NCBI GenBank assembly: GCA_965200965.1 | Contig: OZ241744.1 | Location: 2,688,001-2,752,000 of the forward strand | DNA length: 64,000 nt | Direction of reading: 5' to 3' | DNA from: an uncultured Candidatus Binatia bacterium | GTDB taxonomy: Bacteria > Desulfobacterota > Binatia > Bin18 | In this document: piece by piece, positions 49,700-59,414 of the stretch | Layout of the letters: every line of letters starts with the position of its first letter | Numbering within the stretch: the first letter of the stretch is position 1 | Notes under the pieces: generated by a model | The model's database searches: none | Seen by the model: the letters and a program-made list of their open reading frames with translations, nothing else | Told to the model about the DNA's origin: nothing | Translations under genes and position numbers: made by a program

Positions 49700-51184
49700 C
49701 TACTGTCCTACACGCCAGCCGCCGAGCTGGGTCCAGGGGCTGGGTGGGGGGGTGTGGGCATGCGTCGCCTCGGCCGGCCCAGGCCGGCCGAGGGCCGCGG
49801 CCAGGGCGGCGACCGACCGATGGGTGCCCGTATCCGGTTGCCAGTTCTGGAAGTAGTCGGTCAGAAAGCCGGTATGGGTGTGTCCGGCAATAAACGCCGG
49901 ATGGGCCAACAGGTCAAGCAGAAACGGCCCGTTTGTGATCGGGCCAAGTACCACGCACTGGCGCAGGGCGGCCTGCATGCGGTGGCGTGCCTGCTCGCGA
50001 TCTTGCCCCCAGGTTGAGAGCTTGGCAATCAGCGGATCGTAATACACGCTGACCTGGCTCTCCAACTCCACCCCCGCATCAACCCGCACGCCGGGTCCGC
50101 TCGGTGGCTGCCAGGCCAGGACCGGACCCGGAGCGGGCAGGAAGCCGTTGGCCGGGTCTTCGGCGTACAGCCGACACTCACAGGCGTGGCCGCTGGGCTG
50201 CACCTCGTCCTGACCGAAGCCGATCGCCTCGCCGGCGGCAATGCGGATCTGCTCGCGGACAAGGTCAAGGCCGGTGACTAACTCCGTAATCGGGTGTTCA
50301 ACCTGGAGTCGAGCGTTGACCTCCAGGAAGTAAAAACGGTCCTGCCTGTCAAGGATGAACTCTACGGTGCCGGCGTTGTAATAGCCCGCGGCTCGGGCTA
50401 CAGCCAGGGCGGCCCGGGTCATCTCATCCCGCAACTGCTCCGACACGGCGGGCGAGGGCGTTTCTTCAAAGATTTTCTGATAGCGACGCTGAATTGAGCA
50501 TTCCCGCTCGCCGAGGTGGATCAGGGTCCCGTGCTGGTCGCCCAGCACTTGGACCTCAACATGGTGGGGTTTTTCCAGGTAGTGCTCAATATAGACCGTG
50601 CCCTCGCCAAAGGCTGCGGCCGCTTCACGCTGAGCGGCTGCCAGCGCCTCGTCCAGATCGTCCTGGCTGCGGACAATGCGCATACCTTTGCCACCGCCCC
50701 CGGCCGCGGCTTTAATCAGCAGCGGATAGCCGAGCGCGGCCACCTGTTCTTTGAGCATCGCCGGCTCGGCGGACGGCTGTTCCAGCGCAGGAATAACCGG
50801 CACGCCGAGCGCGGCCACGGTCTGGCGGGCAAAAATTTTATTGCCAACGGCCGACAGGGATTGCGGAGCCGGGCCGATAAAGGTCAAGCCGGCCTCATGC
50901 ACCTGTTTGGCAAACGCGGCGTTTTCCGAAAGAAAACCGTAGCCGGGATGAATCGCCTGGGCCCCGGTTTGGCGGGCCGCGGCAAGAATCGCCCCGCCGT
51001 TCAGATAACTGTCGGTCGCCGGTGCCGGGCCGATGCACACCGCCTCGTCAGCCGCGTACAGGTGCGGAGAAGACAGGTCGGCTTCGGAATACACCGCAAC
51101 GGTCGCGATCCCCATCTCGCGGCAGCTGCGGGCGACGCGGACGGCAATTTCCCCGCGATTGGCAATCAGAATCTTTCTGAACAT
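49700..51184 (-). CDS. biotin carboxylase subunit (acetyl/propionyl/methylcrotonyl-CoA carboxylase)
   Basis: KILIANRGEIA, HPGYGFLSEN, GGGGKGMR, RECSIQRR, RLQVEHP. Confidence 0.95.
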   Translation of the reverse strand: MFRKILIANRGEIAVRVARSCREMGIATVAVYSEADLSSPHLYAADEAVCIGPAPATDSYLNGGAILAAARQTGAQAIHPGYGFLSENAAFAKQVHEAGLTFIGPAPQSLSAVGNKIFARQTVAALGVPVIPALEQPSAEPAMLKEQVAALGYPLLIKAAAGGGGKGMRIVRSQDDLDEALAAAQREAAAAFGEGTVYIEHYLEKPHHVEVQVLGDQHGTLIHLGERECSIQRRYQKIFEETPSPAVSEQLRDEMTRAALAVARAAGYYNAGTVEFILDRQDRFYFLEVNARLQVEHPITELVTGLDLVREQIRIAAGEAIGFGQDEVQPSGHACECRLYAEDPANGFLPAPGPVLAWQPPSGPGVRVDAGVELESQVSVYYDPLIAKLSTWGQDREQARHRMQAALRQCVVLGPITNGPFLLDLLAHPAFIAGHTHTGFLTDYFQNWQPDTGTHRSVAALAAALGRPGPAEATHAHTPPPSPWTQLGGWRVGQ

Positions 51185-51187
51185 GAC

Positions 51188-52195
51188 CTACTGGACCTTC
51201 TGGTACTTGCGATAGTCGTAGCCGGTCGCCATGGCCAGCAGCAGCTTGTCCATACCGCCCGGACGCTCGCGGCGTAAGATGTGCAAGCGGTCCAGAAACT
51301 CGTGATAGTCCTTGTGGACCGGCCGCTTCCGGTTCGTGCTGCCCAAGACAACATGTTGCAGCCGGGTGACAGTGAAACGCAGGGCAGAAAACCGCAACTC
51401 ATTGGGAAAGGCGTCCCACTCGACCAGAGATAAGGTCCGAACTTCCTGATAGCCGTCAATCAGGGCGCTGAAGCGATCGAGATGATAGCGGCCATCCAGG
51501 TAACACAGCGCGTTGACCGCTGTGGCCACATCGGCGATCAGTTTTCCCTGGCCGGCGGCCTCAAAATCAAGGACACCGGACACTTTTTTGCCGCGGAAGA
51601 GCAGGTTGTCGGCAAACAGGCCGCCATGAATAATGCCGCTTGGCAGCCGCTCCTCGAGATACTCTTCATGGTGGGCCAGCTCGTCGTCGAGGGTGTGTTT
51701 GAGTTGTTTCAGATGGGCCGGGAGGCGCATGTGGAGGTAGAGGTCTCGAATCCGGGCAAAGCTGAAGCGGTTCTCCAGGCTGGGTTTATAGTCTTGTCCG
51801 GCTAGGTGGAGGCGGCTGAGGGTTTTGCCAACCTGGTACATATGCTCGGGACTCATTTGCTCCGCGGTGCGCTCTTTGCCAGACAGAGCAGCATACACGG
51901 ACACCGCTTTGCCTTTGTCCTCACGCAGCAGCTGTCCGTTGTGGTCGGCAATCGGCCGCGGACAGGCGATGCCCTTGGTCCGCAGAAAGGCTAACAGTTC
52001 AATCTCGCGTCGCACCTGCTCGGCGTCCTTGAGCTCGTCGATCTTGAGCAAGAACTTCCCCTTGCCGGATTCGAGACGGTAGGAGGTATGGACAGACCCG
52101 GCCGCAACGCCGCTGTAGGCGGACAACTCGCCCAACTGATAGGGTTTGAGGAGGCGCTCCAGCGTTCTTCGATTGAGGACGGTATAGACCGCCAT
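51188..52195 (-). CDS. thrB: homoserine kinase type II (APH-fold) homolog
   Basis: MAVYT start, DFE motif, ALRF; catalytic loop reads HGGLFADN rather than HxDLFxDN. Confidence 0.8.
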   Translation of the reverse strand: MAVYTVLNRRTLERLLKPYQLGELSAYSGVAAGSVHTSYRLESGKGKFLLKIDELKDAEQVRREIELLAFLRTKGIACPRPIADHNGQLLREDKGKAVSVYAALSGKERTAEQMSPEHMYQVGKTLSRLHLAGQDYKPSLENRFSFARIRDLYLHMRLPAHLKQLKHTLDDELAHHEEYLEERLPSGIIHGGLFADNLLFRGKKVSGVLDFEAAGQGKLIADVATAVNALCYLDGRYHLDRFSALIDGYQEVRTLSLVEWDAFPNELRFSALRFTVTRLQHVVLGSTNRKRPVHKDYHEFLDRLHILRRERPGGMDKLLLAMATGYDYRKYQKVQ

Positions 52196-52301
52196 GATTC
52201 CGTCCCGAACATGTGCGTTGCTGCGAACCCGAGGGCCACAGGCTGACCCAGCCTACTCCCTGGCCCCCGATGTGTCAAGAAAAATGCCGGGCCGCGGCGG
52301 T

Positions 52302-54056
52302 CTACCAGCCCATGACATACGACGGCATACGCTTGCTCTGCTCACCGCGCAGGTCTGCCCCGCCCTTGACAATGCCGCGCTTGAGGTCAACGCAGATGCC
52401 AAGCACATCGCCCTCGCTCCAGTCTTCCTTGATCTCAAGGTGGTGGCCCCGGGCCTCAAGCTGCTGGCGGACCCGGTCTGGGATACGGCCTTCGAGCCGC
52501 AGCAGGCCGGGGACGGCGTTATGCGGGAAGAAGCTCGACGGAAAATGGGCCGAGGAGAAGCGCGGGGCTTCAATCGCCTCCTGGACCTCCATGCCGAAAT
52601 CGACCACATTCAGGAAGAATTGCAGGGTCCACTGATCCTGCTGGTCGCCCCCGGGCGTGCCAAAGACCATACACGGCTCACCGTTGCGCAGCACCAGGCT
52701 CGGCGTCAGGGTTGTGCGCGGTTGTTTGCCCGGAACCAGGGCGTTGGGATGGCGCGGGTCAAGAAAGAAGGTCTGAACCCGGGTGCCCAGCGGGAAACCA
52801 AGGCCGTCAATCACCGGCGAAGACGGAATCCAGGCCCCACTGGGGGTAAACGAGGCCATATTGCGCTGGGCATCGACCACCGTCACATACACCGTCCCTG
52901 GCCCCCAGTTCCGTGCGGCAAAAATCTCCTCCCCTTCCAGCAACGCCCCCCCGGTGTGGGGATTACCCGGACGTTGATCGTGGGAGGCGTGGTGGGGATC
53001 GATCAGGATGCGCCGTTGCGCCGCGTACTCTTTGGACAGCAGGCTCTTGAGCGGGACATCGACACACTTCGGGTCGCCGTAATACTGCTCGCGGTCGGCA
53101 AAGGCCAGCTTCAGGCTTTCGACTACCGTATGGATGTAGTCGGCGCTGTTATGGCCGAGGCTGTTGAGGTCATAGCCCTCCAGCAGGGCCAGTTGTTGCA
53201 GGAACACCGGCCCCTGGCTCCACGGCCCGCATTTATACACCTCGTAGCCGCGGTAGGTATACGAGACCGGCTCCTCAACCGTGGCGCGAAACCCGGCCAG
53301 GTCGTGGGCGCGCAGCGGCCCGCCGTGGGCTCTGCTGTGCTCCTCAATGATCTGCGCAATCTCCCCGCGGTAAAAGGCGTCCCGGGCCGCTTCCAGACCG
53401 GCCTCACGCCCCTGTCCCTGGGCGTTCTGCTCGGCGTCCATCAAGCGCCGGAAGGTCCGGCCCAGGTCTGGATTTTTGAGGATGTCCCCCACATCGGGCA
53501 GCCGGCCCTGGGGCAAATAGACCTTGGCCGAAGACGGCCACTGGCTACGAAACCGTTTGGCATTGCCGGCAATCGAGAAATCCATCCGCATATACGCCGG
53601 GGCAGGCCCGCGTAGCGCGTGATGGAGCGGAAAGCCGCCCTCGGCCAACTCCAGGGCCGGTTCCACAACCTGGCGGAAGCTCAGCGTGCCAAAGCGCCGC
53701 AGGACTCCAAGCAGCGCATCAGGTGCGCCGCACGCGCCGGCAGCCTCAACCCCGTTGAACGGAATAAGCGGCATATCGCGCTCCTGAAACCACTCAATCG
53801 TTGCCGCCCGGGGCGCAACGGTATTGCCGTTAATCGCCGCCACGCGCTTGTCAGCCGCGCTATATACCAGGGCCGAAATCTCCCCGCCAAACGTGTGCAT
53901 ATGCGGATTCAGCACGCCCTCGGCCAGAGTGGCCGCTACCGCGGCGTCAAACGCATTGCCGCCGGCCTGCAAGAGGCGCAGCCCGGCCTGGGTTGACAGA
54001 TAATGTTCGGTGGCAACCATGCCCCGCGTTCCCATCAGGGTTGGACGATAGGCCAT
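52302..54056 (-). CDS. gamma-glutamyltransferase family protein (cytoplasmic)
   Basis: GGNAFDAAVA, KLAFADRE.YYGDP, GTVYVTVVD, GTPGGDQQDQW; no signal peptide. Confidence 0.9.
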   Translation of the reverse strand: MAYRPTLMGTRGMVATEHYLSTQAGLRLLQAGGNAFDAAVAATLAEGVLNPHMHTFGGEISALVYSAADKRVAAINGNTVAPRAATIEWFQERDMPLIPFNGVEAAGACGAPDALLGVLRRFGTLSFRQVVEPALELAEGGFPLHHALRGPAPAYMRMDFSIAGNAKRFRSQWPSSAKVYLPQGRLPDVGDILKNPDLGRTFRRLMDAEQNAQGQGREAGLEAARDAFYRGEIAQIIEEHSRAHGGPLRAHDLAGFRATVEEPVSYTYRGYEVYKCGPWSQGPVFLQQLALLEGYDLNSLGHNSADYIHTVVESLKLAFADREQYYGDPKCVDVPLKSLLSKEYAAQRRILIDPHHASHDQRPGNPHTGGALLEGEEIFAARNWGPGTVYVTVVDAQRNMASFTPSGAWIPSSPVIDGLGFPLGTRVQTFFLDPRHPNALVPGKQPRTTLTPSLVLRNGEPCMVFGTPGGDQQDQWTLQFFLNVVDFGMEVQEAIEAPRFSSAHFPSSFFPHNAVPGLLRLEGRIPDRVRQQLEARGHHLEIKEDWSEGDVLGICVDLKRGIVKGGADLRGEQSKRMPSYVMGW

Positions 54057-54082
54057 AGATGTCCTCCTTAAAAAGACGCCGG

Positions 54083-55388
54083 TCAGACCGATACCTCGTC
54101 TGGTCGGATAATACCGTGGTTCGCCAAGTGGCTCCGTATGGCTACCTGTGAGAGACCAAAATGCGCGGCCGCCTCGTTGGTGGTATCAGGCGAAAAGTCG
54201 CCGTTGAGAAAAGACTGAAGGCTTGACAGGGGCGCGAGAAACTCGGCGGCGAAAGAACGTTGGACCTTCTGGCGGTATGTTTTTGAGTCCGAAACGGGCA
54301 GCCACCTGTCTTCGGCCGGCGCAAATATCCCCTCAGCAATAAAACGGGCCGCTTCAAAGCGTCGCCCCTCGCGGTGGGGTTTCCGAAAATGCAGACTGAC
54401 CTCGCTTGGCCCAGCCCGACGGACCGCAAACCCGATGGGCGGGCGGTCCGGGCTGCTGTCGTGCTCAGGAAAAATTGATGTGCCGAAGAATTGGTCCAGG
54501 TCTCTGTCGTCGAGCCGGGAGTCTCCAAGGCTGGCCGCGGCCCGCAGCCGCTTCGCTGCGTTCCGGCCAAGATGCCAGGGTGGACCGGGTGCATTCAGAG
54601 TGTACTCCGCCCTGACCCGTTCGATCTCCTCCGCCATTCTGGCCTGCACCCCATCAGTTGTCGATATGTCTTTCAGTTTCTGAACCGTGCCGGCTGCCTC
54701 TCTTCGGCCACCCAGAGCCGCAATCTCGGCGATTGCCCCCCGTCCGGCTGTTGAAAACATGGATATCAGACTGCCAATAAGCTCGCCTGGGGCCTCGTCG
54801 GGGTCAAAGCCCAGCAGCGCTTCTATTTTGCGATACTCGGACAGGTCCGTGTCGGCTCTTTCGGTCCGCACCTCTGCCCACAACTCGGCTAGCCCGGAAC
54901 TGTTCCGACCAAAAACGCGAAGCCGCTCAATCACAAGGTGGACGAATCCGTCAACGACCTTTTCAAATTCTGTGGCTCCAATACTGGCTTGGAGAGCGGA
55001 CAGGTAGCGTATCAGTTCGGAATCCGAGCAGACGGTTGGGACGCAGCGGACCTCAATGGAGTTTCCGTCGGACCCGAAAGAGACCGCCGGCCAGATGAAC
55101 CCGTGGCCGGCGGCCGGCATCTCGGTGGGCCATACGCCATGATGTCGGCCGCCTGGCCCCGCTGGGCATGCCCTCCCACCGGAGTCTCCACCAGGAAGAG
55201 GCGAACCACAGGGCCAGCGGCAAAGCCGAAAGCCTGACGGTCGGACGAACGGAACGAGACCCGATATCCTCAATTTCCATGACGGTCCCATTAAGCTTAA
55301 TGCCTATCTCGGCCATAGTCGCGGCGATGTCGTCCCGTTCAAATTCGCCCGGAATCCAATTCGCTTGTATCTCGAAATTCGGTGGCAT
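54083..55388 (-). pseudogene. ImmA/IrrE-like protein gene with a +1 frameshift near 55124
   Basis: N-part MPPNFEI...LALWFASSWWRLRWE...SWRMAH joins C-part EMPAAGHGFIWP...RRFEAAR...QRSFAAEFLAP...HTH if one base is removed. Confidence 0.7.
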
Positions 55389-55392
55389 GGGG

Positions 55393-55809
55393 TCATTTCC
55401 AGAAGTCGAGAATGCGCGCTCTCATCGGATCGTCTGCCTGGAGCGGATAGCCGTGATAGGTGCCGCTCTCCTGGTTTTCCAGCACTGCTTCAAGAACATT
55501 GCCCTGTATAACAGCCCAGACATTTTGTGGCCAGCCGTTCCGCCACTGCTCGCTGACAGCGCCACGGCGGATTCCTTCTTCCAGCAGACCTTGCGCTTCT
55601 GCCTGGGAGAAAATACCACTGCCATCGCACAAGGTCTTGTCGGGCCTGGGCTGGCTCCGCGACTCCAGACCAAAATCGCCCGGATTGCGTTTGTGCAGGG
55701 GGCTTCCGGTATAGCGTGCGCCTTGCGCCACGCTGGCAAGAGCCTGTCTGTCGCCCGCATACAGGCGGCGTTTCGGGTTTCCGGTTCGGCGGACTGGTTG
55801 TGAAGGCAA
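55393..55809 (-). CDS. small hypothetical protein, putative nuclease toxin (YHGYP motif)
   Basis: TTG start after TAAGGAG; YTGSPLHK, PRPDKTLCD, WPQNVWAV, YHGYPL; 4 bp upstream of the IrrE-like gene. Confidence 0.7.
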   Translation of the reverse strand: MPSQPVRRTGNPKRRLYAGDRQALASVAQGARYTGSPLHKRNPGDFGLESRSQPRPDKTLCDGSGIFSQAEAQGLLEEGIRRGAVSEQWRNGWPQNVWAVIQGNVLEAVLENQESGTYHGYPLQADDPMRARILDFWK

Positions 55810-55819
55810 GGCTGGCTCC

Positions 55820-57298
55820 TTATTGCTGGGGCAACACTTCAGAACGGCCGGCCTGCTCAGCGCAACTGTGGGTCCACAGCAGTTTCCTTTCGGGTCGGGT
55901 GGTCTGATAGTCGGGCAGGGTGGTTTCCTGCATGAAAAATATCTGGAAGCGAGCGAGCGGCTGCCCCCGCGCGTCCCAGACCCGGCACACCCAGCCGGCA
56001 AAGGCCCCCAGGGCGGCTTTCCGGTTCTTTTGTCCAGGGTACATATTTTCCATGAATTTCCACCACCGATCGTGAGGATACCAGACCCGGAGCTCGGCCG
56101 GCTTCTCCCAGCCCACCGGGCCGGCGGTCCACACATCAACGACCCGGCCATCAGCCAGCCGGCCGGGCATCACGAACCAGCCGTCATCCATAAGCGGCCA
56201 CGGGGAAAACATGTTCCAGTGCTGGTCAATGCGCAGCACATAGCCGACCGGGCTGGCCCACCAGGGGAAAATCCGGCGTACAGCCGAGGTGGCCTCCAGG
56301 CCGCGCAGGTTCCACAAGGCGATATACACCACAAAGAAGGCCGCCGCGACCTGAGCCGGCCTTGAAGTGCGCACGGCCGGCCCCGGCCGGCCGTGCCCCC
56401 ACACCAGCCCCGGCACAAAGACCAGCCAACTGACCATGCTGACATACGGAAACAGGCCGATATCCGTGCAGGCGGCAATGCCCAGATGAAAGCCGAAAAA
56501 CGTGCCAATCACAGCCAGACGCAGCTGCGGGGTAAAAAACGGCACAAAGGCCAGGCACGGGCCCAGGAACTCCAGGACAATAACCGCCCGGCTCAGCAGG
56601 GCCGTCAGGGCAGGCAACCCGAGCACCCAGCGGCCAAACGGGGTGACAATATGGTCAATGTTCAGGGTGCGGTACACCGCACTGGCCTCGCCCCACCACA
56701 CGTCCCACGATTTCAGGCCAGCCGTACACCAGTACACCGTGCAGACCTGGAGCAGCAGGCCGGCCGCGCCCACCGAGCACACGCTGGTCGGCAGCCGCTC
56801 AATATGGGGCCCCTCGTCCCCGGCCCGCCGGATCAGGCTGTCGAGCGACCAACGCGCCCCCAAAGGAACAAACAGGCTCCAGAACAGCAACACACACAGC
56901 AGTTCGTCGCTGCCGTGCAGCACCCTCGGGTTTCTGGCCTGGAGCGAGATCAGCAACAACCATGAAGCGCAGGTGGCCATCGGCGTGCGAAAGCCAACCA
57001 CCAGGCCACAGGCAACAACACCGGCGATGATGAAGAGCGTCGCCTGCCAGAAGGCCGAGCCGCTGACCAGATGCAGCGAGAACAGGGACAGCGGACGGGT
57101 AAAATGGGCGGCCAGTACATCGCGGGGCAGTACGCCCCAGTCGGTATAATGGGCCGCCAAGTCCTGGCTTCTGACCCACAGGTCAGCCAGCAGCAGACCG
57201 CCGAGAGCTATCCGAAACACGGCCAATGATCGCAGGTCAATACTGAACAGCCGCCTGGCCACACGCGATCTCCCACAGGACACAAGACTATAGGCCAA
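55820..57298 (-). CDS. HTTM domain membrane protein
   Basis: DLRSLAVFRI, HYTDxGVLPR, PLGARWSLD, QHWNMFSP; start uncertain. Confidence 0.85.
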   Translation of the reverse strand: MAYSLVSCGRSRVARRLFSIDLRSLAVFRIALGGLLLADLWVRSQDLAAHYTDWGVLPRDVLAAHFTRPLSLFSLHLVSGSAFWQATLFIIAGVVACGLVVGFRTPMATCASWLLLISLQARNPRVLHGSDELLCVLLFWSLFVPLGARWSLDSLIRRAGDEGPHIERLPTSVCSVGAAGLLLQVCTVYWCTAGLKSWDVWWGEASAVYRTLNIDHIVTPFGRWVLGLPALTALLSRAVIVLEFLGPCLAFVPFFTPQLRLAVIGTFFGFHLGIAACTDIGLFPYVSMVSWLVFVPGLVWGHGRPGPAVRTSRPAQVAAAFFVVYIALWNLRGLEATSAVRRIFPWWASPVGYVLRIDQHWNMFSPWPLMDDGWFVMPGRLADGRVVDVWTAGPVGWEKPAELRVWYPHDRWWKFMENMYPGQKNRKAALGAFAGWVCRVWDARGQPLARFQIFFMQETTLPDYQTTRPERKLLWTHSCAEQAGRSEVLPQQ

Positions 57299-57433
57299 AA
57301 GAGAAACGGGAATAAAGCCTGACCGGCAGGGATTGACTCAAGCATGACTACGCTCCCGTCCAATCCGGGCCGTGATCCCCCTTCGTGATACCCATCCCCC
57401 GATCTGTCATCACACCAACAAGGAGGATTCCCC

Positions 57434-58828
57434 ATGTCTTTTTCCCGTTTCACCAGCGTGGGACTCGCTGGTGCGCTTGCGCTTCTGGCAGTGCCCGCCT
57501 TGGCCGAACTCAAGCCGGGCGATACGCTTGACCAATCAAACTGCGAGCAGGCCCGCAGTATGCTGCCGGACTTTGTGACTGAAAAGTTCTGTGCCGGCGA
57601 CTATGCCGCGGAGATCATTGAGGTCACAGACGAGCAGTTCCAGTACAGCGCCAAGTTCAAATCCGGCTCCGAGGCCAACGGCGGCAAATACTATGTGACC
57701 GACTCGGGCCACATGTACGAGACGGCCAGCCAGAGCTGGCCAAAGTTCTGGTACGGCTTTCCGTTTCCGGGTCTCAGCGCCTCGCTGTCCCCAGACAGCT
57801 GGCAAGACGAACTGGCCAAGGATCGCACCATCCCCTACAAAATCATGTACAACCACCAGGTCGCGCGATTTCAGATCGACGACGTGTACTGGTTCCTGTC
57901 CATCAAATGGTATACGCCGCAGGGGTTTGACCGTTCGGTCGAATTCGGTGCCTACGCCACCTGGTATATCGGGCGGCACTCCGGTCCGATCGACAACCCG
58001 GACGAAACCTACCTCAAAGACATCATCTTCGGGGTGGCTCCCTACGACGTGGTAGGGGTCTCGACCCTCGAATACTGGTTCACCGACCCCGAGAAATGGC
58101 AGTCCATCTGGGCCTTTGTTCCCACCATCCGCCGGGTGCGGCGGCTGACCGCCTCAAACTCGTCCGAAGGGCTGTTCGGCTCCATCATCGCCCGTGACGA
58201 TCCCTACGGCTGGGCCGGGAAAATCCAGTATATGAACTGGAACCTGATCGGCATCCAGGACATGCTCGTGCCCATTGCGCCGACCGGCATCGAAAAGCCC
58301 ATGCTGCCGGGTCCTCCCTCGCCGAAAAAACTGCCCTCCAACGATGCCAATATCGCCAACAAGGGCCAGATTCCGCAGGGTCAGGTCGCCCGCATCACCT
58401 GGTCGCCCGAAGAGCGGGTCATGCACGGCTATGAAACCCCGGGCTGGACCGGCAAAGCCTGGGCACCGACCAACCTCAAACTGGCCAAACGGACCTGCTG
58501 GGTGGTTGAAGCAACGCCCAAAGACCCCTACTATGCCTATGGCCGGCGGATTCTGTATATCGACAAACACGCCTACTGGGCCTACTGGACGACGCTGTAC
58601 GACCGGGCCGGCGAATACTGGAAGACCATCATCTGGATGGACAAAATGGGCTACACGCCGGATCGGGATATGACCGTCCGTCACCCCTTCTGGGGCGTGG
58701 GCGAGGATGTCCGCCAGAACCGGGGCAGCGTCTTTGACGTGCAGTCCAAGGGCTACTACACCGAGTACGAGTTGGGCTTTCCCGATTCCACCTATACCAC
58801 CAGCAACTTGGCCGCCTTGGGAAAATAA
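57434..58828 (+). CDS. DUF1329 family exported protein
   Basis: Signal peptide ALA-E; GFPFP, WAFVPTIRRVRR, CWVVEATPKDPYY, YDRAGEYWK. Confidence 0.85.
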   Translation: MSFSRFTSVGLAGALALLAVPALAELKPGDTLDQSNCEQARSMLPDFVTEKFCAGDYAAEIIEVTDEQFQYSAKFKSGSEANGGKYYVTDSGHMYETASQSWPKFWYGFPFPGLSASLSPDSWQDELAKDRTIPYKIMYNHQVARFQIDDVYWFLSIKWYTPQGFDRSVEFGAYATWYIGRHSGPIDNPDETYLKDIIFGVAPYDVVGVSTLEYWFTDPEKWQSIWAFVPTIRRVRRLTASNSSEGLFGSIIARDDPYGWAGKIQYMNWNLIGIQDMLVPIAPTGIEKPMLPGPPSPKKLPSNDANIANKGQIPQGQVARITWSPEERVMHGYETPGWTGKAWAPTNLKLAKRTCWVVEATPKDPYYAYGRRILYIDKHAYWAYWTTLYDRAGEYWKTIIWMDKMGYTPDRDMTVRHPFWGVGEDVRQNRGSVFDVQSKGYYTEYELGFPDSTYTTSNLAALGK

Positions 58829-58853
58829 GAGCCTCCGCCTGACTTCCACTGGG

Positions 58854-58884
58854 AAAAGGGGTGGGGTATTCCACCCCTTTTTTC
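58854..58884 (+). terminator. rho-independent terminator
   Basis: AAAAGGGGTGG-GGTATT-CCACCCCTTTTTT. Confidence 0.8.
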
Positions 58885-58960
58885 TTGTGCAGTCCCCAGG
58901 GGCGTGGCATTGATTTTCCGGCCCCTGCTCTCCACAATGACACGATGGTGAGGAAACCCC

Positions 58961-59407
58961 GTGCTTGAAACCGGCCTGCTGCTGACTGGCTGCACGCTGT
59001 TCGGGGCCGCGGCCGTGTATGACCTGCGCTTCCGCTCCATCCCCGACCGGGTGCCGGCCGGGCTGCTGGCCGTGTTTGGCGTGTATGCCGGCGTCGCCGA
59101 CCAAGGCCCCCTGCTGTGGGCACATCTGGCCACCGCCGTGGTCCTGCTGCTGGTCGGCTTTGGCCTGTTTGCCGCAGGCGCACTCGGCGGCGGCGACGGC
59201 AAGCTGCTGGCCGGTGCCGGCCTGTGGGTCGGCCCGCTCGATATCAGTCTGTTTCTGGCCGGCCTTGGCCTGCTCAGCCTTGGCCTTGGCCTGCTCAGCC
59301 TGCTGCCGCTGGCCGCCACCCGCCGGCTGCGGTCCAACCTGCCGCTGGCCGTTGCCATTGCCCCGCCGGCCATTGTCGTGCTGAGTTCACGCGCATGTTC
59401 CGCCTGA
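58961..59407 (+). CDS. cpaA: Flp prepilin peptidase (TadV/CpaA, A24 family)
   Basis: YDLRFRSIPD and GGGDGKL aspartate motifs; multi-TM. Confidence 0.88.
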   Translation: MLETGLLLTGCTLFGAAAVYDLRFRSIPDRVPAGLLAVFGVYAGVADQGPLLWAHLATAVVLLLVGFGLFAAGALGGGDGKLLAGAGLWVGPLDISLFLAGLGLLSLGLGLLSLLPLAATRRLRSNLPLAVAIAPPAIVVLSSRACSA

Positions 59408-59414
59408 CACGCCT

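Noticed and set aside
55810-56151. Long N-terminal extension of the YHGYP protein in the ORF track
   Set aside because: Overlaps the HTTM gene in another frame; TTG at 55809 has a strong RBS.
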